Below, piece by piece: positions 20,268 through 29,659 of a stretch of DNA of 64,000 nucleotides. This stretch comes from an uncultured Candidatus Saccharibacteria bacterium (GTDB lineage: Bacteria; Patescibacteriota; CAZHWT01). How positions within the stretch are numbered: the first letter of the stretch is position 1; each line of letters starts with the position of its first letter. The position numbers and the translations under genes are program-made. The notes under the pieces were generated by a model. The model saw only the letters and a program-made list of their open reading frames with translations. It had not been told where the DNA came from and did no database searches. The stretch lies in the NCBI GenBank assembly GCA_964554805.1, contig CAZKPX010000007.1, positions 314 through 64,313 on the forward strand. The letters are read 5' to 3'.

Positions 20268-20426
20268 AAAGAGAGCAGAGAATAGGGCGCAGCAACGAAG
20301 CTGCGCCCTACTTCTTTTTGCTAAAACACAAGTTTAATGATCTTTCGAATTTTTTAGTAAAAGACACAAGTATGCCATACCTCAGGAATATGGAGTACTA
20401 ATGGTTGTTATCACTCGAGGCCAATT

Positions 20427-21113
20427 TTGACACTCCTATACATATCTGTGTATGCTGGATTTAATATATATTCAGGAGTTTACTATCACATGGGATTAAA
20501 AGAGCAATTCAGTACTATTTTTGGTGGGAACAAAAACGAATTTGACGCCAACGGTAACAAAATAGTAGCCGGGTCGGATGCAAATGGTGAAAGCACTGTC
20601 AAGCGTGATAGTCAAGGCAATCCAATAGCTAGTGAGGGTCCAATTGATGCGGATGCTTACTTGGCTGATGCCAAAAAACCAACAGCAGACTTAACTGCAG
20701 AGCAAGTACAAGCTAGGCAGCAAGTGGTTCAAGATGCATCAGTCAACGGCAATTTAAATATCGATAAAAGGTCATACCAAGAGTCTGTAAATGCAAATTT
20801 TGAACAACCGAATAACATCGTTGAATTTCCCACGGTATCTGAGGCATTGCCGGCAAGTATTGTTGAGCCATCTCAGGAACCTACCCAAGTTCAGGTTGAG
20901 TCTAGTACCATCAATCCAAATATTGAGTTTGTAAATCATGCTCAGCCAGAACAAGATTTAACAGATAATGCACAAACGGCAACAGATACAAGCCCTGATC
21001 TGAAGTCAGTAGAAGAAGAATTAGCTGAAGGCGGCATCCAAGTTATTAGCGGGCAGAACTCTGATCAAGTGAAGCCTGTAAATAGTGAAAACCAATCAGA
21101 CGAAGCAGCTTAA
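20427..21113 (+). CDS. Hypothetical acidic low-complexity protein
   Basis: ORF with no recognisable domain; the start may be the internal Met at about 20490. A terminator follows. Confidence 0.3.
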   Translation: MTLLYISVYAGFNIYSGVYYHMGLKEQFSTIFGGNKNEFDANGNKIVAGSDANGESTVKRDSQGNPIASEGPIDADAYLADAKKPTADLTAEQVQARQQVVQDASVNGNLNIDKRSYQESVNANFEQPNNIVEFPTVSEALPASIVEPSQEPTQVQVESSTINPNIEFVNHAQPEQDLTDNAQTATDTSPDLKSVEEELAEGGIQVISGQNSDQVKPVNSENQSDEAA

Positions 21114-21142
21114 AAACTGACCACAGTGAAACAAACTAAAAA

Positions 21143-21170
21143 CCCGGCTATATGGCCGGGTTTTTAGTTT
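21143..21170. terminator. Bidirectional rho-independent terminator between convergent genes
   Basis: ACCCGGC-TATAT-GCCGGGT hairpin flanked by an A-run upstream and TTTTT downstream. It overlaps the last codons of the minus-strand gene. Confidence 0.6.
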
Positions 21171-22236
21171 GTTCGTGGTTCAAGTTATGCTGTTGTTGAA
21201 TCAGATAGTTAATCGCCAGCAAGATTAAGATATTGGCAAACAAGATTGTCACCGCGCTCAACTGCTCCATATAGAAGGCAAAGAACTGCGTCAAGAATAT
21301 ATTGACCAACAACGAACGTTGGAATAACTGCAACGCTTGGATGCGAGACCACCGCAATCGAAGTACGCCAGCCACAAGCAGCGCGCTACCCACCAACGAA
21401 GACAATAAATATCCCCACGCCACCACGGTCGGCATATCGGTAAAGAGTATGCCCAGGGGCTCTTCGATAGAAAAAGATACAGATAACACCACAGCAGCTT
21501 CAGTCAAAACCAATACTGCCTGAAAAATAAAATACAGACTCAGTCCAGTATTAAACCATTTCGTCTGCAGTATAGCCGTAACTCGCTGGCTCCAGTACGC
21601 CTTTTGCATATCCAGCCAATTCGGATCTTCCGATACCAATCGACTAGATTCAACAATTGCGCGAAGTTGATTAGTCAGCGGATGCCTTTTGTCCGAGTTA
21701 TCAAGATAATCCAACAGCTTCTGTTTCTCTTCAGCATCCATGCGCTGCAGAGCCGTCTCTTCCAGCAGATGAAGAGCATTCAGCAAGTACTCTTGCTTGC
21801 TGTGATTCCGTCGCTGCTCAATAAAGCGGAAGCACAGAAAAATACAGATAAAAATGATATACACCAACGCAATAGCCGGCTGGAAAAAATAGTTTGCATC
21901 ATTCGTCACAAACTTGCCCAACTCATCAATAAACAAGCCAAATCCCACCCCACCGGTCAAGGCCGCCCACAGCCGAACTTCGCGCCCCAGATAGGCCAAA
22001 CTAATAGTGATCGAAATTAACATCAGCATGCCACCAAATAACACATGAGCGATATGCAGGCCGCCTCCACCAATCTGCGGATAGCCGGTCATGTAGAGGT
22101 ATAAACGAGTAATCAATAGCGAACCAACTGCCGAAATCAAAAATAATTCCAACCACTGACCAGCTTCCAGATTCACAACTAACCGAGGAGTAATTTTACG
22201 CATACCAGTATTATCGCATACTCGCCAACCATGCAC
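21148..22236 (-). CDS. Hypothetical polytopic membrane protein
   Basis: 362-aa ORF with eight or more hydrophobic helices and no recognisable motif. Confidence 0.4.
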   Translation of the reverse strand: MHGWRVCDNTGMRKITPRLVVNLEAGQWLELFLISAVGSLLITRLYLYMTGYPQIGGGGLHIAHVLFGGMLMLISITISLAYLGREVRLWAALTGGVGFGLFIDELGKFVTNDANYFFQPAIALVYIIFICIFLCFRFIEQRRNHSKQEYLLNALHLLEETALQRMDAEEKQKLLDYLDNSDKRHPLTNQLRAIVESSRLVSEDPNWLDMQKAYWSQRVTAILQTKWFNTGLSLYFIFQAVLVLTEAAVVLSVSFSIEEPLGILFTDMPTVVAWGYLLSSLVGSALLVAGVLRLRWSRIQALQLFQRSLLVNIFLTQFFAFYMEQLSAVTILFANILILLAINYLIQQQHNLNHEQTKNPAI

Positions 22237-22569
22237 CTCATTTAAGCCTCGGAATTGACACTATATGATATAATACATAGCATGAATCAAAAGAATTTGC
22301 TTCTACAAAGCCTAGAATATATATTCAATCAACCCAAGACCTACGAAATATTATTAGCCACCAGTCTCGTAGTCTTTATCATGACTATTTTATCGGCCCT
22401 CTATACTTTTAACCAACCACCCACCCCCGCTGTTTACTACAATATAAATAGTACTGGCCACCTCCAACCAGCCCAAACCATCCCCTCCACCGCCTGGTCC
22501 AACCAAGACAAAGCCGTCCTCGGCGAGCAAATCGAACGCTAGATGTACCTTTAATGGCATGTATAAAGC

Positions 22570-22598
22570 ATTGACAAAAAGCCTATAGCGTTATAGAA
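22570..22598 (+). promoter_or_regulatory. Sigma70-like promoter (TTGACA -17 bp- TAGAAT) upstream of the 22639 ORF
   Basis: TTGACA at 22570-22575, a 17-nt spacer, then TAGAAT at 22593-22598. Confidence 0.4.
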
Positions 22599-22638
22599 TG
22601 AAAAAGTACCGTTAGGTGATGCATAGAAAGGTCTTGCA

Positions 22639-22998
22639 GTGGGAGCTCAATTCCTGGTCCTAGGGTCCTTGCTATTCGGAGCACTGGTTGCTATGCTCAT
22701 CAACTTGGCTGCATTGTGGCTAATCTTCACCTACTTAACCCGGCCATTGCCGCGGCTGAGTAAGAAGTGGCTGCGACCGAAGATCGAGGAGATATACAAT
22801 CCGTACAGCATACAAGTCGGGCTGTTGGCACCTACTCTAACAGCCCTAGTAGGTATAATAGTCTCAGTATTGCTGGCTTTCGGGGTTGTGTCGCCTGCCT
22901 TCGCTGTATTTGTCTGGGCAGCTACATTTCTCTATCCGGGCTTAGCATTGCACGCATTCTGGCGCGACGGTTGCAATTTCCGCAGCCACTTTCTGTAG
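22639..22998 (+). CDS. Hypothetical small membrane protein
   Basis: 119-aa ORF with three to four TM helices, preceded by the promoter above. Confidence 0.3.
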   Translation: MGAQFLVLGSLLFGALVAMLINLAALWLIFTYLTRPLPRLSKKWLRPKIEEIYNPYSIQVGLLAPTLTALVGIIVSVLLAFGVVSPAFAVFVWAATFLYPGLALHAFWRDGCNFRSHFL

Positions 22999-23106
22999 AC
23001 TCTGTAACACAAACAAGGCTTTTCAATCCGTGAAGTCCACGGAGGAGTTTGAGTCAATCAAACTTTTCACCTGACTTAATCAGCCTCAAGTTGGTAGATT
23101 CAGGAA

Positions 23107-23145
23107 AATAAACGACCCAGCAATAGGTCGTTTATTTTTTCTAAT
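23107..23145 (+). terminator. Rho-independent terminator
   Basis: AAACGACC-CAGCAATA-GGTCGTTT hairpin followed by ATTTTTTCT. Confidence 0.55.
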
Positions 23146-23273
23146 CAACCTTGTGCATCACAAGTCTATAAGACGCCCAGGATACGGATATCTTGACAAA
23201 GAGACCTATAGTGTGATACATTGAATAATGTAATATACAAGAGTGATCGTTTTCTTAGGAGAGAGGCGCAATC

Positions 23274-23786
23274 ATGGGTAGGACTCCCTCGGTTACAAAA
23301 CCACACGGACAGGCAGGACAGGCAGTAGTGGCTCAGCTTCAGCTTCAGGTTCTGGCTATGTTGGAGCCGCTATTGATTGCTCCGGGCAGGCGAGTGCGTC
23401 TGCTTGACACCCAACTAACCGTTAGCCGGCTCGCCTTGCTCATGGCAGCCTATCAACACCATCTGGCGCCGCCTCAGTATTTCAAGCCCAGTCAGATCTG
23501 GCAGCACTTGATGACTGCTGAGCCGTTGGAAGTTGAGACAGGCAATCTGTCAGCCTCAGTCAGTGTCCCATCCTTACAGCAAGTCTACATTGATGCCGGT
23601 GTTTTACGGCAGAAAGGCTTGCTCGCCCTGATCGACGCTGATACGAAGGGGCCTACCTACTCCATCACCCAATTTGGCGCAGAAGTTATGACCAGCGCCC
23701 TAGTGAGAATCGCCAGGCCGCTGGTCGATCTGCTGTCTCAGATCTCGTCTAGCGATCTGGATCTGCCCACACAGCCCAAGTCGTAA
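23274..23786 (+). CDS. Hypothetical protein (possible winged-helix regulator) in a GC-rich patch
   Basis: 170-aa ORF with GC well above the surroundings. Weak wHTH-like segment LRQKGLLALIDADTKGPTYSITQFG. A terminator hairpin follows at 23801-23840. Confidence 0.3.
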   Translation: MGRTPSVTKPHGQAGQAVVAQLQLQVLAMLEPLLIAPGRRVRLLDTQLTVSRLALLMAAYQHHLAPPQYFKPSQIWQHLMTAEPLEVETGNLSASVSVPSLQQVYIDAGVLRQKGLLALIDADTKGPTYSITQFGAEVMTSALVRIARPLVDLLSQISSSDLDLPTQPKS

Positions 23787-23800
23787 CCTCTATTCGACAC

Positions 23801-23840
23801 CCAGGCTCCCGCCTTAAGCGGGAGCCTGATTTCGTTTTAA
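23801..23840 (+). terminator. Rho-independent terminator
   Basis: CAGGCTCCCGC-TTAA-GCGGGAGCCTG hairpin followed by a T-rich tract. Confidence 0.5.
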
Positions 23841-23861
23841 GAACCATCACATAAACAAACA

Positions 23862-24030
23862 GATAGGCAAGATAGGCAAGATAGGCAAGGTCCGACCTTG
23901 CTAGGCAGGGCCAAGGTCCGACCTTCGGCAGTTTAAGTAGGCCATTGCTGTGTTGTGCATGAATTAAGGAAAATTAAGGTCCGACCTTATTGAGCACAAG
24001 GAAGGTCAGACCTCCTGTTTTTTATCCGTG
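23862..24030. repeat. Tandem 9-mer (ATAGGCAAG x3) followed by three copies of the near-palindrome AAGGTCCGACCTT
   Basis: Read directly: GATAGGCAAGATAGGCAAGATAGGCAAG, then AAGGTCCGACCTT at about 23888, 23914 and 23975 (a variant AAGGTCAGACCT at about 24001). Confidence 0.55.
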
Positions 24031-24086
24031 GCCTTGCGCATCCAATCGTCCTTTCTTTGCATCGCGTTAGGCTATATAATGCCTCC

Positions 24087-27000
24087 ATGTCAGAAGACCT
24101 TTTCCTCCAGCGCTATTCACAGCTGAATTCCAAACAAAAACAAGCCGTCGATGCTATCGAAGGGCCGGTTATGGTGGTTGCTGGTCCCGGATCGGGCAAA
24201 ACAGAGCTGCTTAGTCTGCGCGTTGCCAATATTTTGCGCAATGCTCCTGATATTACCGCCAGCAACATACTTTGCTTAACCTACACTGAAGCCGGCGCCA
24301 CAAATATGCGCCAGCGGCTAGCTGGGTTAATCGGTCATCAAGCCTACAAGGTCACGATCAACACCTTCCATGGCTTTAGCTCCGACATCATTGGTCGCTA
24401 CGGCGAATATTTTTACAGCGGCGCCACCTTGCAGCCAGCCGACGATCTAACCAAAATAGAAATACTACAGAATATTCTCAATCAACTATCTCACGACGAT
24501 CCATTAGCCAGCCAATTCCTCGGCACCCATACTTATATCAAAGATATATCCTCAGCCATTGGCGATCTCAAAAAAGCCGGACTTACCCCTGATCAATTTG
24601 CCTACCTTTTAGAAAAAAACCAAGTCATGGTTCAAGCGGTTAGCCATGATATTCAAAGTATCTTTAGTGGCACAGTTGATCAAAAAAGTCTCCCCGCTGC
24701 CCAAGAGTTAGTTGCCAAAATGCGGGCCCTCAGTCTCGTAGACCAAGAGCAATCAGCTATTCAGCTGGGGCAATTTGATAACATTCTGACCATTCTTGCC
24801 GACAGCCTCGAATTAGCCATAACCCAATCGCAAGGCATCACCAGATACGCCCCACCACTTACCAAATGGAAAAACGACTTCACCAAAAAAGATGCCACCG
24901 GGCTAGTTCAGCTCAAAGAGCAAGACCGCTTACCCAAACTTTTATCATTAGCTACTATTTACCAGCGATATCAAGAAGCAATGACCGTTCAGCGCTTCTA
25001 CGACTTCGACGACATGGTTCTTGATGTGCTCAACGCCTTAGCCAGCCAACCGGCTCTGGGCTATGCTTTGCAGGAACAATACCAATATATCTTGGTCGAT
25101 GAGTTTCAAGACACAAACGACGCCCAAATGAGATTGCTGGCTCATCTGACTAGCGCCGAACTGCATGAAGGGCGTCCAAATATTATGGTTGTTGGCGACG
25201 ATGACCAGGCAATCTACAAGTTTCAAGGTGCCACCATCAGCAATATCCATCAATTCACCCAGCGCTACTCTGATCCTCAAGTCATCGTCTTGACCGACAA
25301 TTATCGCTCCAGCCAGCGCATCCTAGACGTTTCCAGGCAGATTATCATTCAGGGTCAGGATAGGCTCGAGACAATTCAGACTGATATCATTAAAGAACTA
25401 ACTGCCCAAGGTCAGCATGCACGCCACCAGCATCAGCCTCAGTTTCACCTCTATCAAACACAGGAGCAGGAATTCTCAGCCACCGCTCAAGCCATCAAAG
25501 ATCATCTCGATAGCATCGGCTGGGACAAAGCAGCACACATTGCCGTTATCTGCGCTCGTCGCAAGGACCTTGAGCAGTTTGCCCTCCATTTAGGGCTACT
25601 TGGGGTACCGGTGCGGTACGATCGTCAAAAAGATGTGCTACAAGAGCCACATATTCATCAGCTCATCCAAATGGCTCGGTTTATTGCCAAGCTATCTCGT
25701 CATCAGCAAGCCGAAGCGGATGACCTGCTGCCGGAAATCCTCAGCTATCCATTTTGGAATATTGATCGCCAGACCCTATGGCAACTTGCCGTCAATGCCA
25801 GTTTGGCCAAACAGCAGCAGCGCTTATGGCTAGACCAAATGGACAACTCAGACCATCCTCGCCTGGTTGCCATCTCGCAGTGGTTCAAACAACTTCGCCT
25901 CCTATCCGAAACCGAATCAATAGAAACCATACTCGAGCACCTCATCGGCGCCCATACACCATTACTCCCCGCCGACGAAGACTCCGACATCGACTGGCTG
26001 ACCGATAACCCGTCGCCCGTCGCCCGTCGCCCGTCGCCCGAAGGCGAAGGATTCGCCTTCGCCTCACCCTTCAAAGACTTCTACTTCGATACCTCATCAA
26101 ATCAGGCCATCGATCAGGGCAGGTATGTCAGCTTTTTATCTAGCCTCCAAGTCTTTATCAAAAAACTTCGTGCTTACAGGCCCGGGCAAATGCTCAAGCT
26201 CGATGATTTGCTAACCTTTGTCGACTTGCACTTGGCCAACGATATCAAAATTACTGACACCTCCGTCTATGCCTCAGGCTCGCAAGCCGTTCAACTCTTA
26301 ACTGCTCATGGAGCCAAAGGTCTCGAGTACGATACCGTGTATTTATTGTCCTGCGTGCAGCCAGTTTGGGTATCAAAAGGCTGGACAAACAAGCTAACCT
26401 TTTCGGACAACATGCCTATCGCCATGGATTCAGACAACCTCGACGATAAGCTTAGGCTGTTCTTCGTTGCTGTCACTCGGGCCAAGCAGCAACTCTTCTT
26501 AAGCGCATATAATCAGCAGTCTGATGGCAAGGAAGTCCAACAGCTCGGCTTCTTGGTGGAAGTTCTAGCTGGCCAACAGGTGGATTCGCAGGCAGCTGCT
26601 CTGGATAAGCCAGCTGAAGTTCTGGCAGAATCCTGGAAGACCTACCATCAACCTCCTGTACAAGTGAGTGAACAAGCCATATTGTTGCCGTTGGTAGAGA
26701 ATTATCAGCTCAGCATCACTCACCTTAATGACTTTCTGGATGTGACAAGAAATGGTCCGCAGGACTTTTTGCAACAGCACTTACTAAGATTCCCACAGCC
26801 AAAATCAACGGCCCAAGCTTACGGAACTGCCGTCCATGAAGCTCTTCGCCAGCTCTTCGAAAAGCTTCGTTTTGACACGACCCTACCCTCTATTGATTTT
26901 CTTCAGCAAGCTTTCGTGGCAGCTCTCGAGTCAGAGCGGCTCAACAATCAGGATCATCGCAAATTGCTAGAACGCGGTCAACAAGAATTAGACTTGTACT

Positions 27001-27512
27001 ACCAATCGAAGAGCAGTGCCTTTAATCCCCAGGATATCGTCGAACGAAATTTTGCCAATCAGCAGGTCATAATTGGCCAGGCCTGTCTGGGTGGGAAAAT
27101 TGACCGCATTGTTCAGCTAAGACCCGGAATAGTTAGTGTTCACGACATTAAAACCGGCAAGCCTTCTGATAAATGGACTGGAGCTCAAGATTATCAAAAA
27201 ATCAAACTTACCAAATATCGTCGACAGCTTCTATTTTACAAACTGCTTGTAGAAAATTCTCGTGATTTTGGTGACAAAATGAAAGTAGAGCAGGGCATCC
27301 TCGAGTTTATCGAACCTAATAGCGCTGGGAAATTTGTCGAGCTACCTCTTGAGCTCAATGATCTCCAATCAGATCTTGATCAGCTGCAACAGCTTATTCA
27401 GGTAGTCTATCAGCACATTCAGCAGCTCAATTTCCCAGACACATCTCATTATTCACCAACTTCAGCCGGGGCAGAACAGTTCATTGAAGACTTACTTCAA
27501 GGCACTATTTAA
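24087..27512 (+). CDS. UvrD/PcrA-like superfamily-1 helicase fused to a C-terminal PD-(D/E)XK (RecB/Cas4-like) nuclease domain
   Basis: Walker A VVAGPGSGKTE, a DEFQD-like motif VDEFQDTN, helicase motifs up to VTRAKQQLFL, and a C-terminal region GGKIDRIV...VHDIKTGKP...YRRQLLFYKLL typical of PD-(D/E)XK nucleases. Contains an internal (CGTCGCC)n tract at 26008-26040. Confidence 0.85.
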   Translation: MSEDLFLQRYSQLNSKQKQAVDAIEGPVMVVAGPGSGKTELLSLRVANILRNAPDITASNILCLTYTEAGATNMRQRLAGLIGHQAYKVTINTFHGFSSDIIGRYGEYFYSGATLQPADDLTKIEILQNILNQLSHDDPLASQFLGTHTYIKDISSAIGDLKKAGLTPDQFAYLLEKNQVMVQAVSHDIQSIFSGTVDQKSLPAAQELVAKMRALSLVDQEQSAIQLGQFDNILTILADSLELAITQSQGITRYAPPLTKWKNDFTKKDATGLVQLKEQDRLPKLLSLATIYQRYQEAMTVQRFYDFDDMVLDVLNALASQPALGYALQEQYQYILVDEFQDTNDAQMRLLAHLTSAELHEGRPNIMVVGDDDQAIYKFQGATISNIHQFTQRYSDPQVIVLTDNYRSSQRILDVSRQIIIQGQDRLETIQTDIIKELTAQGQHARHQHQPQFHLYQTQEQEFSATAQAIKDHLDSIGWDKAAHIAVICARRKDLEQFALHLGLLGVPVRYDRQKDVLQEPHIHQLIQMARFIAKLSRHQQAEADDLLPEILSYPFWNIDRQTLWQLAVNASLAKQQQRLWLDQMDNSDHPRLVAISQWFKQLRLLSETESIETILEHLIGAHTPLLPADEDSDIDWLTDNPSPVARRPSPEGEGFAFASPFKDFYFDTSSNQAIDQGRYVSFLSSLQVFIKKLRAYRPGQMLKLDDLLTFVDLHLANDIKITDTSVYASGSQAVQLLTAHGAKGLEYDTVYLLSCVQPVWVSKGWTNKLTFSDNMPIAMDSDNLDDKLRLFFVAVTRAKQQLFLSAYNQQSDGKEVQQLGFLVEVLAGQQVDSQAAALDKPAEVLAESWKTYHQPPVQVSEQAILLPLVENYQLSITHLNDFLDVTRNGPQDFLQQHLLRFPQPKSTAQAYGTAVHEALRQLFEKLRFDTTLPSIDFLQQAFVAALESERLNNQDHRKLLERGQQELDLYYQSKSSAFNPQDIVERNFANQQVIIGQACLGGKIDRIVQLRPGIVSVHDIKTGKPSDKWTGAQDYQKIKLTKYRRQLLFYKLLVENSRDFGDKMKVEQGILEFIEPNSAGKFVELPLELNDLQSDLDQLQQLIQVVYQHIQQLNFPDTSHYSPTSAGAEQFIEDLLQGTI
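25990..26066. repeat. Partial GCGACGRG-type element inside the helicase-nuclease gene: (CCGTCGC)x5 tract plus adjacent palindrome GGCGAAGG-ATTC-GCCTTCGCC
   Basis: Same CGTCGCC octamer arrays as the right terminal repeats of the elements in atpH/atpD; it encodes PSPVARRPSPEGEGFAFASP in frame. Confidence 0.5.
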
Positions 27513-27908
27513 AAAAATTCATAGATTGTTGTAAGCAGACAAGCTTAGCACGAACCCGGCACGGGTCTTTCCCATATCAGCTGGCTTCTATGAATATACT
27601 GTGGAATGAATAACGTACCTAAAATAAACAATCTCGCCCTGCACGAAACTTGGAGGTAATGATTGTAGCAACCTGATAGTACTTTTGGATTACTTATTGT
27701 AAAGCGTAATCAACGAAGCATAGCACGAACCCGGTTCGTGTTTTTGTGTTTTTTGGGTCTAGACAAAAGGCTACAAAAATACCCGCCAATGAGCGGGTTA
27801 GGTACAAGCTAATGATATCATTCTTCCATCCATCCTGTCAAATTTCAGCCAAAATAGACTAGTTTTATTTGCTCGAATTACACACCATCAAAATCATTCC
27901 AGATAGAA

Positions 27909-27988
27909 AATCCTAAATACCGTCCGCCTCCGCCAGCCAGCGAATCCTAAATCCTTCCGCCTCTGCCAGCCGGCGGATCCTAAATCCT
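27909..27988. repeat. Two tandem copies of the TAAATCC-hairpin-TAAATCC repeat (family 2)
   Basis: CTAAATACCGTCCGCCTCCGCCAGCCAGCGAATCCTAAATCCTTCCGCCTCTGCCAGCCGGCGGATCCTAAATCCT in a 530-bp non-coding stretch. Confidence 0.5.
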
Positions 27989-28040
27989 ATATTCTTCCCA
28001 ACCGTCTTGCCAAAACAAACAACCATGCTAGACTAATACT

Positions 28041-28667
28041 ATGATCAGTGATTCAGTTAGAAATTTAACCATCGGCATGAACGATGCCATCAAAGCTTTT
28101 ATTGCCTCAGAAGTACTGCTGTGGTCAGCCTGGAACTTAGTTATCCCCATTGTATCAATCTTTGTCATCGAGAATATTCCCGGAGGCAGTATCCAGATTG
28201 CCGCCTATGCCTTCACCTCGTATCTTGTATCCAGGATGGTATTCGAACTCTATGTCAGCCGACGCATAAGTGGGCTCAGCACAGCGCAGAGAGCTATCAT
28301 TGACATTGCCGGCATGGCAGTCCTCAGCATTGCCTACCTAAGCTTAGCCTTCCAGCCAACCGTCATGATGCTATTTCTGTTCTATATTGCGGTCGGTTTT
28401 GGCTTCGGCATCTCATCCCCCGCCAAATTATCACTTTTTTCCAGCAACCTCGAGCGCAAAACCGAGGCTCGCGTCTGGGGAGTCTATGACGTATCCATTC
28501 TATCCGGCATGGCTGTCGCCACCAGTCTGGGTGGTATTATCGCTGCCGAATTTGGTTTTAAAACTCTCTTCCTCATCTCCGCCGCCGTCAACATCATCGG
28601 CGTCACTCCGTATCTGATCTATATTCGCAATTGGCGCAAAAAACATCACAGCCCTTCAATCAGCTAA
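28041..28667 (+). pseudogene. Probable truncated MFS-type transporter (C-terminal six-TM half only)
   Basis: 208-aa ORF with six TM helices resembling the second half of an MFS permease. It is preceded by 530 bp of repeat-rich non-coding DNA with no N-terminal half. Confidence 0.35.
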
Positions 28668-28914
28668 ATTTTATCTCAGATAAAATAGCCTGCATACCAA
28701 AACATATTTGTAGTAGTAGCTATTGTTTGCCAAAATTTGCATTCCGCTCATCAATCTGCTATAATACTTTCATATCAAGTCGCTCCAAAGGCGGCTATTT
28801 TTATACCTTTTTACAGTAACATTAATTCCATAAAAACTACTATAAGCTTGACTAAGCAAGCATTTGCTGCTATTATTCAATGCATCTTACTGGTACTTAC
28901 CTCGGAGGATATCC

Positions 28915-29475
28915 ATGGTTAGGCGGGTCAGTCAAGATTTTTTGCGAGAGCTTTCATCGCCACATGAGATGCCCCGCAACGTCGGGCAAGATCGCTTTGA
29001 GTTGATGCGAAAAACGAGACGACAAGGAGATCCATCACCGCGGCATGAACCGGCAGCAGCTAGGGCTCGACAAATCGGCATACATCTGCTTGGTGCTGTC
29101 GAGGCACCAAGCCCAGAGATATCCGATGAGTTCAACAAGATTCTCAAAGCGCGAGAGCAGCAGCGCCTAAAGAGCTTCCAGCCACCTCCGCTTCCCGAAG
29201 GTCTGCTGGTCGATATCGGAAGGGACACCTTCGATATCTTCGAAGGGCTGATTATCTGTGGCCACGAAGTGTATGCTTTAGAGCGGGACAGGGGCACCAT
29301 TCGTCGTATCTGGAACACATATGTTCTCTCAGATGGCGGCGATGAATTCCCCAACAATCTTGAGAGGGTACTTGCCGCCCAATCTCTGTACAGCGACTAC
29401 CTGTTTGACAGGGACAGCTATTTGGCTGACCGTGCAGACATTCAGATCGAAGCCGCCCACCCCAATTCGGGGTAG
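28915..29475 (+). CDS. Hypothetical protein in a GC-rich patch
   Basis: GGAGG RBS 7 nt upstream of the ATG at 28915; the terminator hairpin at 29440-29478 overlaps the stop; elevated GC; no recognisable domain. Confidence 0.4.
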   Translation: MVRRVSQDFLRELSSPHEMPRNVGQDRFELMRKTRRQGDPSPRHEPAAARARQIGIHLLGAVEAPSPEISDEFNKILKAREQQRLKSFQPPPLPEGLLVDIGRDTFDIFEGLIICGHEVYALERDRGTIRRIWNTYVLSDGGDEFPNNLERVLAAQSLYSDYLFDRDSYLADRADIQIEAAHPNSG

Positions 29476-29478
29476 GGC
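29440..29478 (+). terminator. Rho-independent terminator (imperfect hairpin plus T6)
   Basis: CCGCCCACCCC-AATTC-GGGGTAGGGCGG followed by TTTTTT. Confidence 0.45.
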
Positions 29479-29659
29479 GGTTTTTTGCATCTTGGAGGTT
29501 TGATTCCAAAATGTAAGCATCGATCCTCAACTCATCTGGTAATCGTGCATTGTAATAAAATAATCCATTCTAAATTAAACTAGCACGCTTGCCTGACATA
29601 TGCTAAGATAAAGTTATATAACGGCCAGGCATGGTCAGAGATTTCTGTTGAGATTTATT

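Noticed and set aside
19924-20337. 137-aa ORF overlapping the HNH-like ORF in another frame
   Set aside because: High GC content generates long open frames. Only the frame with the Cys/His nuclease-like pattern was retained, and that one at low confidence.
22255-22542. 95-aa ORF downstream of the 21148-22236 membrane gene
   Set aside because: It is hydrophobic but has no RBS, and it overlaps the divergent promoter region, so it was not called. The neighbouring 22639-22998 ORF has a recognisable promoter and was kept at low confidence.
23862-24030. Possible CRISPR array (spaced repeats)
   Set aside because: The repeats are 9-13 bp (tandem ATAGGCAAG and the 13-bp near-palindrome AAGGTCCGACCTT). 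This is far shorter than CRISPR repeats, the spacing is irregular and there are no cas genes. It fits an operator or palindrome cluster instead.
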